A stretch of DNA of 64,000 nucleotides from Candidatus Cloacimonadales bacterium (GTDB taxonomy: Bacteria; Cloacimonadota; Cloacimonadia; Cloacimonadales; JAIOQZ01). Within the stretch, counting starts at the first letter, position 1; every line of letters begins with the position of its first letter. The position numbers and the translations under genes were made by a program. The stretch lies in assembly GCA_963674825.1 (NCBI GenBank), contig OY771587.1:320001-384000 (forward strand). The letters run 5' to 3'. Below the pieces are notes generated by a model. It worked only from the letters and a program-made list of their open reading frames with translations, ran no database searches and was not told the DNA's origin. Positions 29,394 to 39,537 of the stretch are shown piece by piece.

Positions 29394-30863
29394 CTATTTC
29401 AACAGCAGCATCTTACGTACGATGTTCTCCGTATCGGTCCGGAGGATATAGAGGTAAACACCGGTAGCGACGGAGTGCCCCGAGCGATCAAGTCCGTCCC
29501 AGGAGACGCTGTGGATGCCGGCATTACGGAATCCGCTGTCGAGATTGCGGATAAGCTGCCCTTTGTTGTTGAAGATGGAAAGGTTGATATCCGAAGCCTG
29601 CACCAGGTAGTAGCGAATCTCGGTATCTGGATTGAACGGATTTGGAGTATTGGGCATCAGTTGTGTGCACTGGATGCCTTCCATATGCTCTTCCATCCCA
29701 TCAACACCAACCAGATATTCTGTCGTATACTGGATAAGGTCGTCACTGAAACGAATAGTACCATCGAAGCTGTTGCCTGACATCAGGTCAGAAACATTTT
29801 CGGAGCGATAAGTAACCGTCTCGCTATAATTGAGGCTCATCGGTAGAAATTGTCTTGTTTCACCCTGCGTTTCGACTTGAGCAACGATCGGGAAATTCTC
29901 TTCGTTATCGTCGTATTGCAGTTCGATATAGGTTTGATCAGCTTCCTGGATGAGGTGAATGTCGGTAAGCTGCGGTGGTGTGCTATTGAACGGATCAATG
30001 CTGAAAGCACGCGGATAGAAATTCGCACCCCGGCCGTAGTCGGCTGTCTGGATGCCCTGTGTGATCGAGACGATCGCCGTCGTTGAGCCGAGGAGAATCT
30101 CGGGATTTTCCAGATCGAACCAACTGACAAAATCGCTATCGTCAAGCAGGTCTTCCCAGTTACAGGAGAGGATCAGCATGTTGTTATCGGAATCGATGTC
30201 GATCTCGACATCGCCGATCAGGTTCATATCGTTGAGTCCACTGTCTCCAGTGATCTTGTAGAGTCCCGGCTCAAACATTCCCGGTTGCTCTACTGAATAG
30301 ACCAGTGCGAAAATGGGATATGTTTCAGGATCGTCAGGATTCAGAACACCGACCGAGTAGGAATAGAACTCCCACCCCTCAGATACGGGGAAACCACCGC
30401 CAGCGTTCTCTATCGCCACAATCAGATGTTCGTTGGAGAAAGTGCCGTACTCAGCTACGATTTCCAGGTTATCACCATCGAGTACCGAATCGTCAGGATC
30501 ATCATCCCCAAACTTGGTGAGTTTCGTTACAGAGGGAATATCACCTAAAGGATAATAGACCGGGAGGACGTAGTTGAATTCGTTACCGGTGATCTTGAAT
30601 CCATAGTATGCATCGCTATCTACTGGAGCTGGCGCTTCGCCTTCCCAGCTTTGAGGTGTATCGCTCTGCTGCGTCATCAACACTTCCTGGACGCCGGCAT
30701 CGTCGTTATAGAGTAGATAACTCTGCTGGCTGGCTTCGCAACGAATCTTCAGAGAACCATTCTCAAGCTCTCCACTGAATCGCGGAAAGTTCCATTGATC
30801 GTAGCCCTGCGCATTCATGAGCGCAGCAAGCATAATGAGAACGACAAGTATAGTGTATTTCAA
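29394..30863 (-). CDS. Secreted acidic protein with FlgD-Ig/T9SS-like CTD
   Basis: TTG start with GGAGG RBS, signal peptide, TPNPFNPDT...WDG...TGVY...KMLLLK. Confidence 0.85.
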   Translation of the reverse strand: MKYTILVVLIMLAALMNAQGYDQWNFPRFSGELENGSLKIRCEASQQSYLLYNDDAGVQEVLMTQQSDTPQSWEGEAPAPVDSDAYYGFKITGNEFNYVLPVYYPLGDIPSVTKLTKFGDDDPDDSVLDGDNLEIVAEYGTFSNEHLIVAIENAGGGFPVSEGWEFYSYSVGVLNPDDPETYPIFALVYSVEQPGMFEPGLYKITGDSGLNDMNLIGDVEIDIDSDNNMLILSCNWEDLLDDSDFVSWFDLENPEILLGSTTAIVSITQGIQTADYGRGANFYPRAFSIDPFNSTPPQLTDIHLIQEADQTYIELQYDDNEENFPIVAQVETQGETRQFLPMSLNYSETVTYRSENVSDLMSGNSFDGTIRFSDDLIQYTTEYLVGVDGMEEHMEGIQCTQLMPNTPNPFNPDTEIRYYLVQASDINLSIFNNKGQLIRNLDSGFRNAGIHSVSWDGLDRSGHSVATGVYLYILRTDTENIVRKMLLLK

Positions 30864-31177
30864 GGATTCCTCCCCTATGTTTTTTTCATATTACAACACG
30901 CCTCAATTTTGTCAATGGAAAACACGATAAATATGTAGCTTACACATGCTTCACAGAAACTTTGACACCAACCAAGCGCTACGTTTTTCCTCAATTCAGA
31001 ATAATGGGTTCTTCCCCAAGCAGTACTGGCAGCCATTATTCGACCGTTGCGTCAAAACTTGCAGCCATACTCGCAACGACGCCTCAAATGGCGGAAATTG
31101 GTTGACAATTTCGATTCTCAGCCTGGATTTACGTTGAGAAGTTGTCCATATCGATATGGATACGTGAAAGGAGACCA

Positions 31178-32296
31178 ATGAACACGATCCACCTTATTGT
31201 CGGTGCGCGACCGAATTTCATGAAAATGGCACCGCTTTACCGCGAACTGAAGCGATATCCTGATGAATTCATCATTCGACTCATCCATACCGGACAGCAT
31301 TACGACAAGCGCATGAGTCAGTTCTTTTTCGATGATCTCGGGCTCCCCAAGCCTGACGAATACCTCGAAGTGGGCTCAGGAACTCATGGTGAGCAAACCG
31401 CCCGAATCATAGAGCGATACGAAAAGGTTCTCCTGCGCGACAAGCCGGATCTGGTGGTTGTCGCCGGCGACGTGAACAGCACCCTTGCTTGCGCACTCGA
31501 CGCCGTGAAATACCATATTCCCGTCGCGCATCTCGAAGCGGGTTTGCGCAGCTTCGACCGCACCATGCCGGAGGAAATCAACCGCATCATGACCGACTGC
31601 ATCAGCAAATGGCTGCTCACGCCTTCATCGGATGGCGATATGCACCTGCTGGCAGAAGGTATCCCCGCCGATCGCATCTTCCGTGTCGGCAATATCATGA
31701 TCGATTCGCTCGTCCAGCACCGTGATCGCGCAGCCGCATCGAATATCCTCTCGGAGGTGGGCGTCGAATCCAGACAGTATGGCCTCATCACGTTGCATCG
31801 TCCCTCCAATGTCGATCACCACGAAGGACTGGAGATTATCCTGTCGGCATTCGAAGAAATCGCTAAGGAGATCGATCTGGTCTTCCCCATCCATCCGCGC
31901 ACACGCAAACGTCTGGATGAATTCGGCATGAACAGCCGCGTCGAAGCAATCAAACGCCTTAAGCTGATCGAGCCGGTGGGCTACTACGACTTCCTTCGCC
32001 TCCAGATGGACGCGAAGCTTGTCCTCACCGATAGCGGCGGCGTACAGGAAGAGACCACCTTCTTCGGTGTTCCCTGCCTGACACTCCGCCCCAACACCGA
32101 GCGCCCCATAACTATCACCCAAGGCACCAACCAGCTTGTGGAACTCAGGACAGACGCGATCGTCAACGCCGCCAGAGAAGCGCTTCACGGCGAACAGGGC
32201 ATCAGAAATGTCCCGGAACTCTGGGATGGCCACACCGCAGAACGAATCGTGGCCTTATGGCGCGCGCAAGGCGATAATCTGGGCAAATTTGAGTAG
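31178..32296 (+). CDS. wecB: UDP-N-acetylglucosamine 2-epimerase (non-hydrolysing)
   Basis: GARPNFMK, HTGQHYD, HLEAGLRS, PEEINR, TDSGGVQEE, TERP. Confidence 0.92.
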   Translation: MNTIHLIVGARPNFMKMAPLYRELKRYPDEFIIRLIHTGQHYDKRMSQFFFDDLGLPKPDEYLEVGSGTHGEQTARIIERYEKVLLRDKPDLVVVAGDVNSTLACALDAVKYHIPVAHLEAGLRSFDRTMPEEINRIMTDCISKWLLTPSSDGDMHLLAEGIPADRIFRVGNIMIDSLVQHRDRAAASNILSEVGVESRQYGLITLHRPSNVDHHEGLEIILSAFEEIAKEIDLVFPIHPRTRKRLDEFGMNSRVEAIKRLKLIEPVGYYDFLRLQMDAKLVLTDSGGVQEETTFFGVPCLTLRPNTERPITITQGTNQLVELRTDAIVNAAREALHGEQGIRNVPELWDGHTAERIVALWRAQGDNLGKFE

Positions 32297-32465
32297 AATA
32301 CAGCATGCAGCCCTTACAGCCTGAATTTATTGACAGTTTTCTATACGAAACAAATGTGACAATATGGTATAGGTATGCCTCTGCGATGGATCTAGATGGT
32401 GTACGTATGCTCGCATGTGCTATTAATGATAATAAATACAAGATGATATATCGGAGGAAGAAACT

Positions 32466-33491
32466 ATGAGTAACCAACTCAATGGGTCCAGAGTCATGAT
32501 CACCGGCGGCACAGGTTCGTTCGGAAACCACGTTCTGGATAAACTGCTTAACGAGTACAATGTTGAAGAGATCGTGATCTACAGTCGCGATGAAAAGAAA
32601 CAGCACGATATGCGCATCAAATACCACAATCCCAAGCTGACCTTCAAGATCGGCGATGTCCGTGACCGCGATCGTGTCTATCAGGCCATGAAGGGTGTGG
32701 ATTATGTCTTTCACGCAGCCGCGCTCAAGCAGGTTCCCTCATGCGAGTTCTTCCCGATCGAAGCGGTGAAAACAAACATCCTTGGCTCGAACAACGTCCT
32801 GGACGCCGCCGAAGACCACAATGTCAAGAAGGTCGTGATCCTCTCGACCGACAAAGCCGTTTACCCGATCAACGCCATGGGTATCAGTAAAGCGATGATG
32901 GAGAAGCTGATGCTGGCGAAAGCCCGTGTCACCAAGTCCGACACCGTTTTCTGCGGTGTTCGCTATGGTAACGTGATGTATTCCCGCGGTAGCGTATTGC
33001 CGCTCTTCGTGCAGCAAATGAAAGAAGGAAAACCGCTGACCGTTACGGAACCATCCATGACCCGTTATCTGCTTCCGCTTCCGGTTGCGATCGACCTGGT
33101 TCTCTTCGCGCTGGAAGAAGGCCAGAACGGCGATATCCACGTACGCAAATCTCCCGCCGCAACCGTAGAAGACACCGCGAAAGCACTCGCCGAGATCTTC
33201 GACTACAACCCCGAGATCAACATCATCGGAATCCGGGAAGGCGAGAAGATGCACGAAACGCTTGTAACCAAAGAAGAGCTCCTCAAAGCCGACGAATACG
33301 AGAAGTACTACCGCATTCAGACGCTCAAGAAACTCGACTACGATAAGTATTTCTCTGAAGGCAAGCACGTCGAGCTGGCCGAAGAAGGCTACACATCGGC
33401 AAACACCTACCGCCTCAGCGTGGAGGAGACCAAGGAACTGCTGCTCTCCCTCACTGAAATCCAGCAGGAGCTCGCCGCATGGAAAAAGTGA
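32466..33491 (+). CDS. fnlA: UDP-GlcNAc 4,6-dehydratase/5-epimerase (FnlA/CapE/WbjB)
   Basis: TGGTGSFG, SRDEKKQ, HAAALKQVPSCEFFP, KAVYPINAMGISK, RYGNV. Confidence 0.88.
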   Translation: MSNQLNGSRVMITGGTGSFGNHVLDKLLNEYNVEEIVIYSRDEKKQHDMRIKYHNPKLTFKIGDVRDRDRVYQAMKGVDYVFHAAALKQVPSCEFFPIEAVKTNILGSNNVLDAAEDHNVKKVVILSTDKAVYPINAMGISKAMMEKLMLAKARVTKSDTVFCGVRYGNVMYSRGSVLPLFVQQMKEGKPLTVTEPSMTRYLLPLPVAIDLVLFALEEGQNGDIHVRKSPAATVEDTAKALAEIFDYNPEINIIGIREGEKMHETLVTKEELLKADEYEKYYRIQTLKKLDYDKYFSEGKHVELAEEGYTSANTYRLSVEETKELLLSLTEIQQELAAWKK

Positions 33492-34594
33492 TCGGTATCA
33501 CCGGACAAGCAGGATTTGTCGGGTACCATCTGACCAGCTTTCTCGAGATCCAAGGCGGTTTCAAGGTCAAAGCCTTCAAGGACGAGTTCTTTGATGATGC
33601 GTGCATCATGCAGGACTACGTCAGAGACTGCAATGCAATCATTCATCTGGCTGCTCTGAATCGTCACAACGATCCCGACGAGATTTATAACAAGAACCTC
33701 GAGCTGACCCGGAAGCTCATCGACGCGCTCGAAGCGACCGGCTCTAAAGCTCACGTGATGATCTCCTCTTCCACACAGGAAGAGCGGGATAACCCCTACG
33801 GGAAGTCCAAACGCGAAAGCCGTCTCATGCTGGAATCCTGGGCGAAAAAAGCCGGCGCGAAGTTCACCGGCCTGGTTATCCCCAACGTCTTCGGCCCATT
33901 CGGCAGACCGTTCTACAACTCCTTCATCTCGACATTCAGTCACCTGATTGCAACCGGTGGCGAGCCGACGGTAGAAGTGGACGCGGAAATCGCGCTCATC
34001 TACGTGATCGACCTCTGTCGCGAGATCCACAAGGTGATCGTGGAAGGCATCGAAGCATCTCCGTACCCGGTACCGCACAGCGCTATCGCGAAGGTTACCG
34101 AGGTTCTCGCCAAGCTGTTCGAATTCAAGAAATCATATATGGACAATAACGTGCTGCCCGAGCTCAAAAACATCTTCGAGGTGAACCTCTTCAACACCTT
34201 CCGCACCTACATCCCGGATGACTTCTATCCCGTGAAACTCACCCGGCACAGCGACAACCGCGGAACCTACGTCGAGACCATGCGCAGCCTGATCCAGGGC
34301 CAGAGTGCTTTCAGCACCACCAAGCCAGGAATCACGCGCGGAAACCACTTCCATCTGCGTAAGATCGAACGCTTCTGTGTCATCAAAGGCAAGGCGTCCA
34401 TCAAGCTCCGCAAACACGGAACCGACGACGTGATCGAATACATCATCGACGGCGAAGAACCGGCGATTGTCGATATGCCAATCTATTATACGCACAACCT
34501 CACCAATATCGGCGAAGATGAACTCCTCACCGTTTTCTGGATCAACGAATTCTACGATCCCAAAGATCCCGACACCTACTACGAAGAGGTATAA
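33479..34594 (+). CDS. fnlB: SDR plus cupin reductase (FnlB/CapF/WbjC)
   Basis: TGQAGFVG, NPYGKSK, PNVFG..RPFYNS, cupin KPGITRGNHFH..KIE. Confidence 0.88.
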   Translation: MEKVIGITGQAGFVGYHLTSFLEIQGGFKVKAFKDEFFDDACIMQDYVRDCNAIIHLAALNRHNDPDEIYNKNLELTRKLIDALEATGSKAHVMISSSTQEERDNPYGKSKRESRLMLESWAKKAGAKFTGLVIPNVFGPFGRPFYNSFISTFSHLIATGGEPTVEVDAEIALIYVIDLCREIHKVIVEGIEASPYPVPHSAIAKVTEVLAKLFEFKKSYMDNNVLPELKNIFEVNLFNTFRTYIPDDFYPVKLTRHSDNRGTYVETMRSLIQGQSAFSTTKPGITRGNHFHLRKIERFCVIKGKASIKLRKHGTDDVIEYIIDGEEPAIVDMPIYYTHNLTNIGEDELLTVFWINEFYDPKDPDTYYEEV

Positions 34595-34597
34595 ACC

Positions 34598-35743
34598 ATG
34601 AAGAAAAGCGCTCTGAAAGTGATGACCATCGTTGGAACACGCCCTGAAATCATCCGCCTCGCTCGCGTTATGGCCCTGCTGGACGAAACGGTCGATCACA
34701 CGATCGTGCATACGGGACAGAACTGGGACTACGAGCTCAACGAGATTTTCTTCAAGGAACTCGGCGTCCGCAAACCCGATTATTACCTCGGCGTCGATGT
34801 ATCCTCACTCGGCAAGGTGCTTGGTGAGACCATCAGCAAATCTGAAGAGGTGATGCGTGAAGTCCAGCCGGACGCAGTTGTCATCCTCGGCGATACGAAT
34901 TCATCCATTGCGGGTATCATGGCCAAACGGCTGCGGATCCCCATCTACCATATGGAAGCCGGTAACCGCTGCTTCGACCTCAACGTACCGGAAGAAATCA
35001 ACCGCCGCCTGATCGACCACATCGCCGATTTCAACCTGGTTTATACCGAACACGCACGGCGACACCTCATCAGCGAAGGGTTACCCCATCGTCGCATTTA
35101 TCTCACCGGTTCCCCCATGTACGAGGTTCTGCACCATTATATGGATCAGATCGACCAGTCTAACGTATTGGAGCAGTTGAATCTGGAAGAGAATAAGTAC
35201 TTCATCGTCTCGGTCCATCGCGAGGAGAACGTCGATAATCCCGAGAACCTCAAGAAGATCATCAACGTGCTCAACGGCCTTGCCAGCGAGTACGATTGTC
35301 CCGTGATCGTTTCCACACACCCTCGTACACGTAAGCGTCTTGAGATGCTCGAGCAAACCGACCTTGATAACCGGATTCAGTTCCTGAAACCATTCGGCTT
35401 TTTCGACTATGTACGACTGCAAAAGTCGGCCCTCTGCGCCATCAGCGATAGCGGTACGATCAGCGAAGAATCTTCCATCCTCAACTTCCCCGCCGTTACG
35501 GTGCGGCAGGCTATCGAGCGCCCGGAAGCACTCGACGCAGGCACAATCGTGCTCACAGGCTTCGATACCGACACGGTTTTGGACAGCGTTCGCCTTGTGA
35601 TCGAGGAACACCGAATAAAGCCCTACGACAGCATCCCGAACGAGTATCAGGTCTCGAATACCAGTTGGCGCGTGGTCAAGCTGATCCTCGGAACGACCAA
35701 GCTGAGCAACCACTGGGACGGCATTATCAAGCTTAACCGCTAA
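34598..35743 (+). CDS. fnlC: UDP-2-acetamido-2,6-dideoxy-L-talose 2-epimerase (FnlC/CapG/WbjD)
   Basis: VGTRPEIIRL, HTGQNWDYEL, HMEAGNRCFD, SDSGTISEE. Confidence 0.9.
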   Translation: MKKSALKVMTIVGTRPEIIRLARVMALLDETVDHTIVHTGQNWDYELNEIFFKELGVRKPDYYLGVDVSSLGKVLGETISKSEEVMREVQPDAVVILGDTNSSIAGIMAKRLRIPIYHMEAGNRCFDLNVPEEINRRLIDHIADFNLVYTEHARRHLISEGLPHRRIYLTGSPMYEVLHHYMDQIDQSNVLEQLNLEENKYFIVSVHREENVDNPENLKKIINVLNGLASEYDCPVIVSTHPRTRKRLEMLEQTDLDNRIQFLKPFGFFDYVRLQKSALCAISDSGTISEESSILNFPAVTVRQAIERPEALDAGTIVLTGFDTDTVLDSVRLVIEEHRIKPYDSIPNEYQVSNTSWRVVKLILGTTKLSNHWDGIIKLNR

Positions 35744-35777
35744 AATACTGCGAAAAAGCATCTTACATGGATATTAA

Positions 35778-35805
35778 TCCCCGTTCCTACACGGGGAATT
35801 TTTTT
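35778..35805 (+). terminator. Intrinsic terminator
   Basis: TCCCCGT..ACGGGGA plus a T run. Confidence 0.75.
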
Positions 35806-36067
35806 AATCCCTTACGCGAGCATACAATTCACTAATAGACCTTTTCAACACCCTAACAAAAACTTCTTTTCAGGTACCATAATCACTGAATTTCATTTAT
35901 TTCATACCCATTTCTCTTTATATATCAAGGGGTTAACATCTGAATGAAATGGTTCATTCATTCACTAATGAATCATTCGTTCGCTTTTTACGTTTTTTTA
36001 TTGACAGCCTCACCCGCCTCCTGATATATGAGCCCTAAATGATTCAATAAACAGAAAAAGGGGAATA

Positions 36068-38440
36068 ATGATGCGTACATTCATTATAAGTTTGATCGTA
36101 ATGATGACATTCATCACCGGGCTGAACGCTGCGACCATCAGCGGATATGTTTTGGAAAAGGATAGCGGTGAACCGATCATCTATGCTGCGGTAAGCATCC
36201 GTGGCACAAACCTTGGACAATATACAAATAAAAAGGGATACTTCATTATCAATTCCATCCCCACCGGAAACATCGAAGTGGTGGCTACTCATATCGGGTT
36301 CCAATACGCTTCGGAGATGGTGCTGGTAAAGAATCCGAGTGAAGATCACTTCGTGAAGATCGAGATGGATAAAGCAGCAGTACAAATTCAGGGTATCAAA
36401 GTTGTAGAAAAGGAAATCGAAGACGAGATCAACACACGTGATATCCGCATCGCGAACGTTGTTCAGACTACCAAAGAGATCAAGGAAGTGGTTTCGGTAG
36501 CGGAAGCGGACGTCTTTCGCTCGGTACTGGCGCTGCCTGGCGTAACGCCGATCTCCGACTACTCGAACGGCCTGTATGTGCGTGGCGGAAGCGCGGATCA
36601 GAACCTGATCCTGCTTGATGGTATCGACGTTTACAACCCATCTCACTTCGGCGGAATCTTCAGCACATTCAATACGGACGCGGTGAAGAACGTCCAGCTT
36701 CTCAAGGGCGGATTTCCCGCGAAATACGGTGGACGCCTCTCCTCGGTTCTGGATGTTACGAACAAAGATGGTAACCGTAAGGAAGTGGAAGGTGTCGCAC
36801 GCGTCAGCCTCATCAGCGCCAGCGCGACAGTCGAAGGCCCGTGGAGCTTATACGACGAAAAGGGCTCTTACATGCTGTCGTTCCGCAGAACCTATCTCGA
36901 ACTGGTTGAAGAGCTGATGGATCTCGGGATTCCAGATTACTATTTCTACGACGGACACGCCAAGATCAATTGGGATCACTCCGACCGTGACAAGTTCAGC
37001 TCGAGCTTCTACTTCGGAAAAGATAAACTCGATTTCGACTTCACCTTCGACATGCGTATCGAATGGGGTAACGAGACCTTCAGTAACCAGTGGACACATA
37101 TCTTCAGTCCGCAGTGGTTTTCACACCTGATCGTCGCCGGTAGCCACTTCTATTCGAAAATGAACTTCGAAGTGGAAGCCGGTGAAAACTCCCAGAGCTT
37201 CGACCGCCTTGACGACGTGTACGACTTCTCGGTCAAGGAAGGACTCACCTGGAAACCGAATGAAGAACATCTTGTCGATATGGGATTGGACTACAAGTAC
37301 CTCTATACCCTGTTCGACACCGACACCAATTACAACATCGATGAAAACACCATGCCGCACGTGGACGTGTCCTCATCGATCACATCGCTCTATATTCAGG
37401 ATTCCTGGAAGCTTGGAGCGCTCTGGACCATCCAACCCGGTCTGCGCGGAACATGGTGCCATAACCAGCGCGATTACGGAAACGATCCGGCATCGATCGA
37501 CTACTATCGCTGGTCGCCGCGTTTCTCTATCCGCTATCAGCTGGGTATGACCAGTAATGCCTACTTCTCCTACGGACGCTACCACCAGTTCTTGAACCTG
37601 GTTTCGACCGAAGAAGCATCACCGATGGACCTTTGGTTCCCGATCGACGACACAATCGAACCCGGGCAATCCGATCACTACATCGTAGGCTACAAGACAG
37701 AAATCAACGAACAGGTCGGTTTCGACGTAGAAGCCTATTACAAGGATTACAAGAACCTGGTCGCCTACCGCGCTGAAGTTGACTACGAATGGCAAAACGA
37801 TTCAGGCAAGCTCTCCGATGCGCTCAATAGCGGTGATGGCTTCTCTTATGGCCTCGATTTCATGATTCGCAACGACTGGTTGGGTATCTCCGGATTCATG
37901 GGCTACACACTCGGCTTCACCCGCAAGAGAGTTGATGACACAAACCTCGATCCCGATTCCGGTAAGCCGCAATACTACTATCCCAAATATGATAGAACGC
38001 ATCAGATCAACATCGTTGAGACTTTCAGTCTACTCAACGGTACCGGCCTGAGAGTCTGGGGTGCGGACATGCTCTTCGGAACCACCTACTCCTTCGGAAC
38101 CGGGCAGCCCACCTCCAAACCGGAGCATATCTATTACGAGCCGGATACGGGAACCTTCGCGTTCTTCTACGGCTACAAGGATAGCGATCGCCTTCCTGAT
38201 TATTCCCGCCTCGACCTCAGCCTCAAAATGCGCTGGGAGACTTCGAGCATGTCAATCGAGCCATATGTTCAGGTGATCAACGTGTTCAATCGCCAGAATG
38301 TCTATACTCGCGCCTATGTGCCGGAATTACCGAACATCGAAGAAGGCGAAGAGATAGAAACCTTTGAAGTTGGCTACACGACCGAGGACACCTATCAATT
38401 CCCACGTATTCCGTTCATCGGCATCAACGTGGAGTTTTAA
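36068..38440 (+). CDS. TonB-dependent receptor with carboxypeptidase-regulatory-like N-domain
   Basis: Signal peptide; plug motif LPGV..YVRGGSADQN..LDG; GGFPAKYGGRLSSV; C-terminal Phe. Confidence 0.92.
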   Translation: MMRTFIISLIVMMTFITGLNAATISGYVLEKDSGEPIIYAAVSIRGTNLGQYTNKKGYFIINSIPTGNIEVVATHIGFQYASEMVLVKNPSEDHFVKIEMDKAAVQIQGIKVVEKEIEDEINTRDIRIANVVQTTKEIKEVVSVAEADVFRSVLALPGVTPISDYSNGLYVRGGSADQNLILLDGIDVYNPSHFGGIFSTFNTDAVKNVQLLKGGFPAKYGGRLSSVLDVTNKDGNRKEVEGVARVSLISASATVEGPWSLYDEKGSYMLSFRRTYLELVEELMDLGIPDYYFYDGHAKINWDHSDRDKFSSSFYFGKDKLDFDFTFDMRIEWGNETFSNQWTHIFSPQWFSHLIVAGSHFYSKMNFEVEAGENSQSFDRLDDVYDFSVKEGLTWKPNEEHLVDMGLDYKYLYTLFDTDTNYNIDENTMPHVDVSSSITSLYIQDSWKLGALWTIQPGLRGTWCHNQRDYGNDPASIDYYRWSPRFSIRYQLGMTSNAYFSYGRYHQFLNLVSTEEASPMDLWFPIDDTIEPGQSDHYIVGYKTEINEQVGFDVEAYYKDYKNLVAYRAEVDYEWQNDSGKLSDALNSGDGFSYGLDFMIRNDWLGISGFMGYTLGFTRKRVDDTNLDPDSGKPQYYYPKYDRTHQINIVETFSLLNGTGLRVWGADMLFGTTYSFGTGQPTSKPEHIYYEPDTGTFAFFYGYKDSDRLPDYSRLDLSLKMRWETSSMSIEPYVQVINVFNRQNVYTRAYVPELPNIEEGEEIETFEVGYTTEDTYQFPRIPFIGINVEF

Positions 38441-38449
38441 GGAGGAATC

Positions 38450-39412
38450 ATGAGAGACATCAACATCGCACGCGTTGGAATCGTCAGATACGTATACATT
38501 GTACTCATTGGAATGATCCTTTTCGGGCTCATCTCGTGTGAAGCGCCGACCAGCTCCGAACGCTATGATAAAGACTTCTATTATATCATTGCAGGATCGC
38601 TACAGGACAATCAGCCACTTACGCCGGAATACTCGATCTACGTCGGCAAGACCATCAAGCCTGGTCAGGACATCCTTGGTTCGTACATCGAAGATGCCGA
38701 AGTAGTTATAATCGACGATATGGGAAACACGTATCCGCTCGAGTTCGGTTTCGACATGGTGAACGAGAAGCTCGGTTACTACAATGAAAACCTGATTCCG
38801 CAATCACAGCACACCTATCGCATCGAGCTGCATTTGCCAAGCGAAGAGGATTCCGCGGTGATTGATACTGTCTGGGCCGAAACCATGATCCCGAAGTCTA
38901 TTTCAATCGACCTCTACGATCGCTTCACGACCGATCCGGATTCAGTGGACAGCTATCACCTCGAATGGGAAACCGCAGGTGAGGACTACCCGATGATCAT
39001 CCATACAGCAGACGAAGAACCGGTATATCTCTACTCCAAATATTACTGTCTGGAAGAATGGAACACCGTTCGCATGGTCAAACCGATCATGGGTTCGGAT
39101 ACTTTCGACGAAGAAGTGGATTACGACGATCCATCGAACCATTATCCACGGTTGCTTACAATCTTCGCGGAATACTTGCCGGAATCTGATGGCAATGGCG
39201 GTTATCAAGTCTTCAACGCTGCCTATCAGGGAACAATCGCGTTCTATGGTGGATATAAAATCACAATCAACAGCATTGATGAAAACTTCTATACGTACCT
39301 CTACAAGCCTGAGAGTAACTTCGAATACGGCGGTGTACACGGCGGATATGGATACTTCGGATCATGTAGCGGTACCGTATTTTACACCACAGTAGTAGAA
39401 AACATCGACTAA
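38450..39412 (+). CDS. Lipoprotein, DUF4249-like partner of the TonB receptor
   Basis: Lipobox LISC; C-terminal GGYGYFGS; directly follows the receptor. Confidence 0.75.
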   Translation: MRDINIARVGIVRYVYIVLIGMILFGLISCEAPTSSERYDKDFYYIIAGSLQDNQPLTPEYSIYVGKTIKPGQDILGSYIEDAEVVIIDDMGNTYPLEFGFDMVNEKLGYYNENLIPQSQHTYRIELHLPSEEDSAVIDTVWAETMIPKSISIDLYDRFTTDPDSVDSYHLEWETAGEDYPMIIHTADEEPVYLYSKYYCLEEWNTVRMVKPIMGSDTFDEEVDYDDPSNHYPRLLTIFAEYLPESDGNGGYQVFNAAYQGTIAFYGGYKITINSIDENFYTYLYKPESNFEYGGVHGGYGYFGSCSGTVFYTTVVENID

Positions 39413-39432
39413 TACCAGTAGTCTAAACCCTC

Positions 39433-39467
39433 AAACGCCTTGCTCGATACCGGGCGAGGCGTTTTTT
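39433..39467 (+). terminator. Intrinsic terminator
   Basis: AAACGCCTTGCTCG..CGGGCGAGGCGTTTTTT. Confidence 0.8.
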
Positions 39468-39480
39468 CCTGAGCTCTCAT

Positions 39481-39537
39481 GTACGGGCAGGTCCCTGTGA
39501 CTGCCCATTTCTATTGAACGCAGGTACTCTCGTCCAC
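39481..39537 (+). repeat. Degenerate REP-like A hairpin followed by a degenerate B hairpin
   Basis: GTAC-GGGCAG..CTGCCC then GAACGC..CTCGTCC, in the same order as 47006-47070. Confidence 0.6.
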
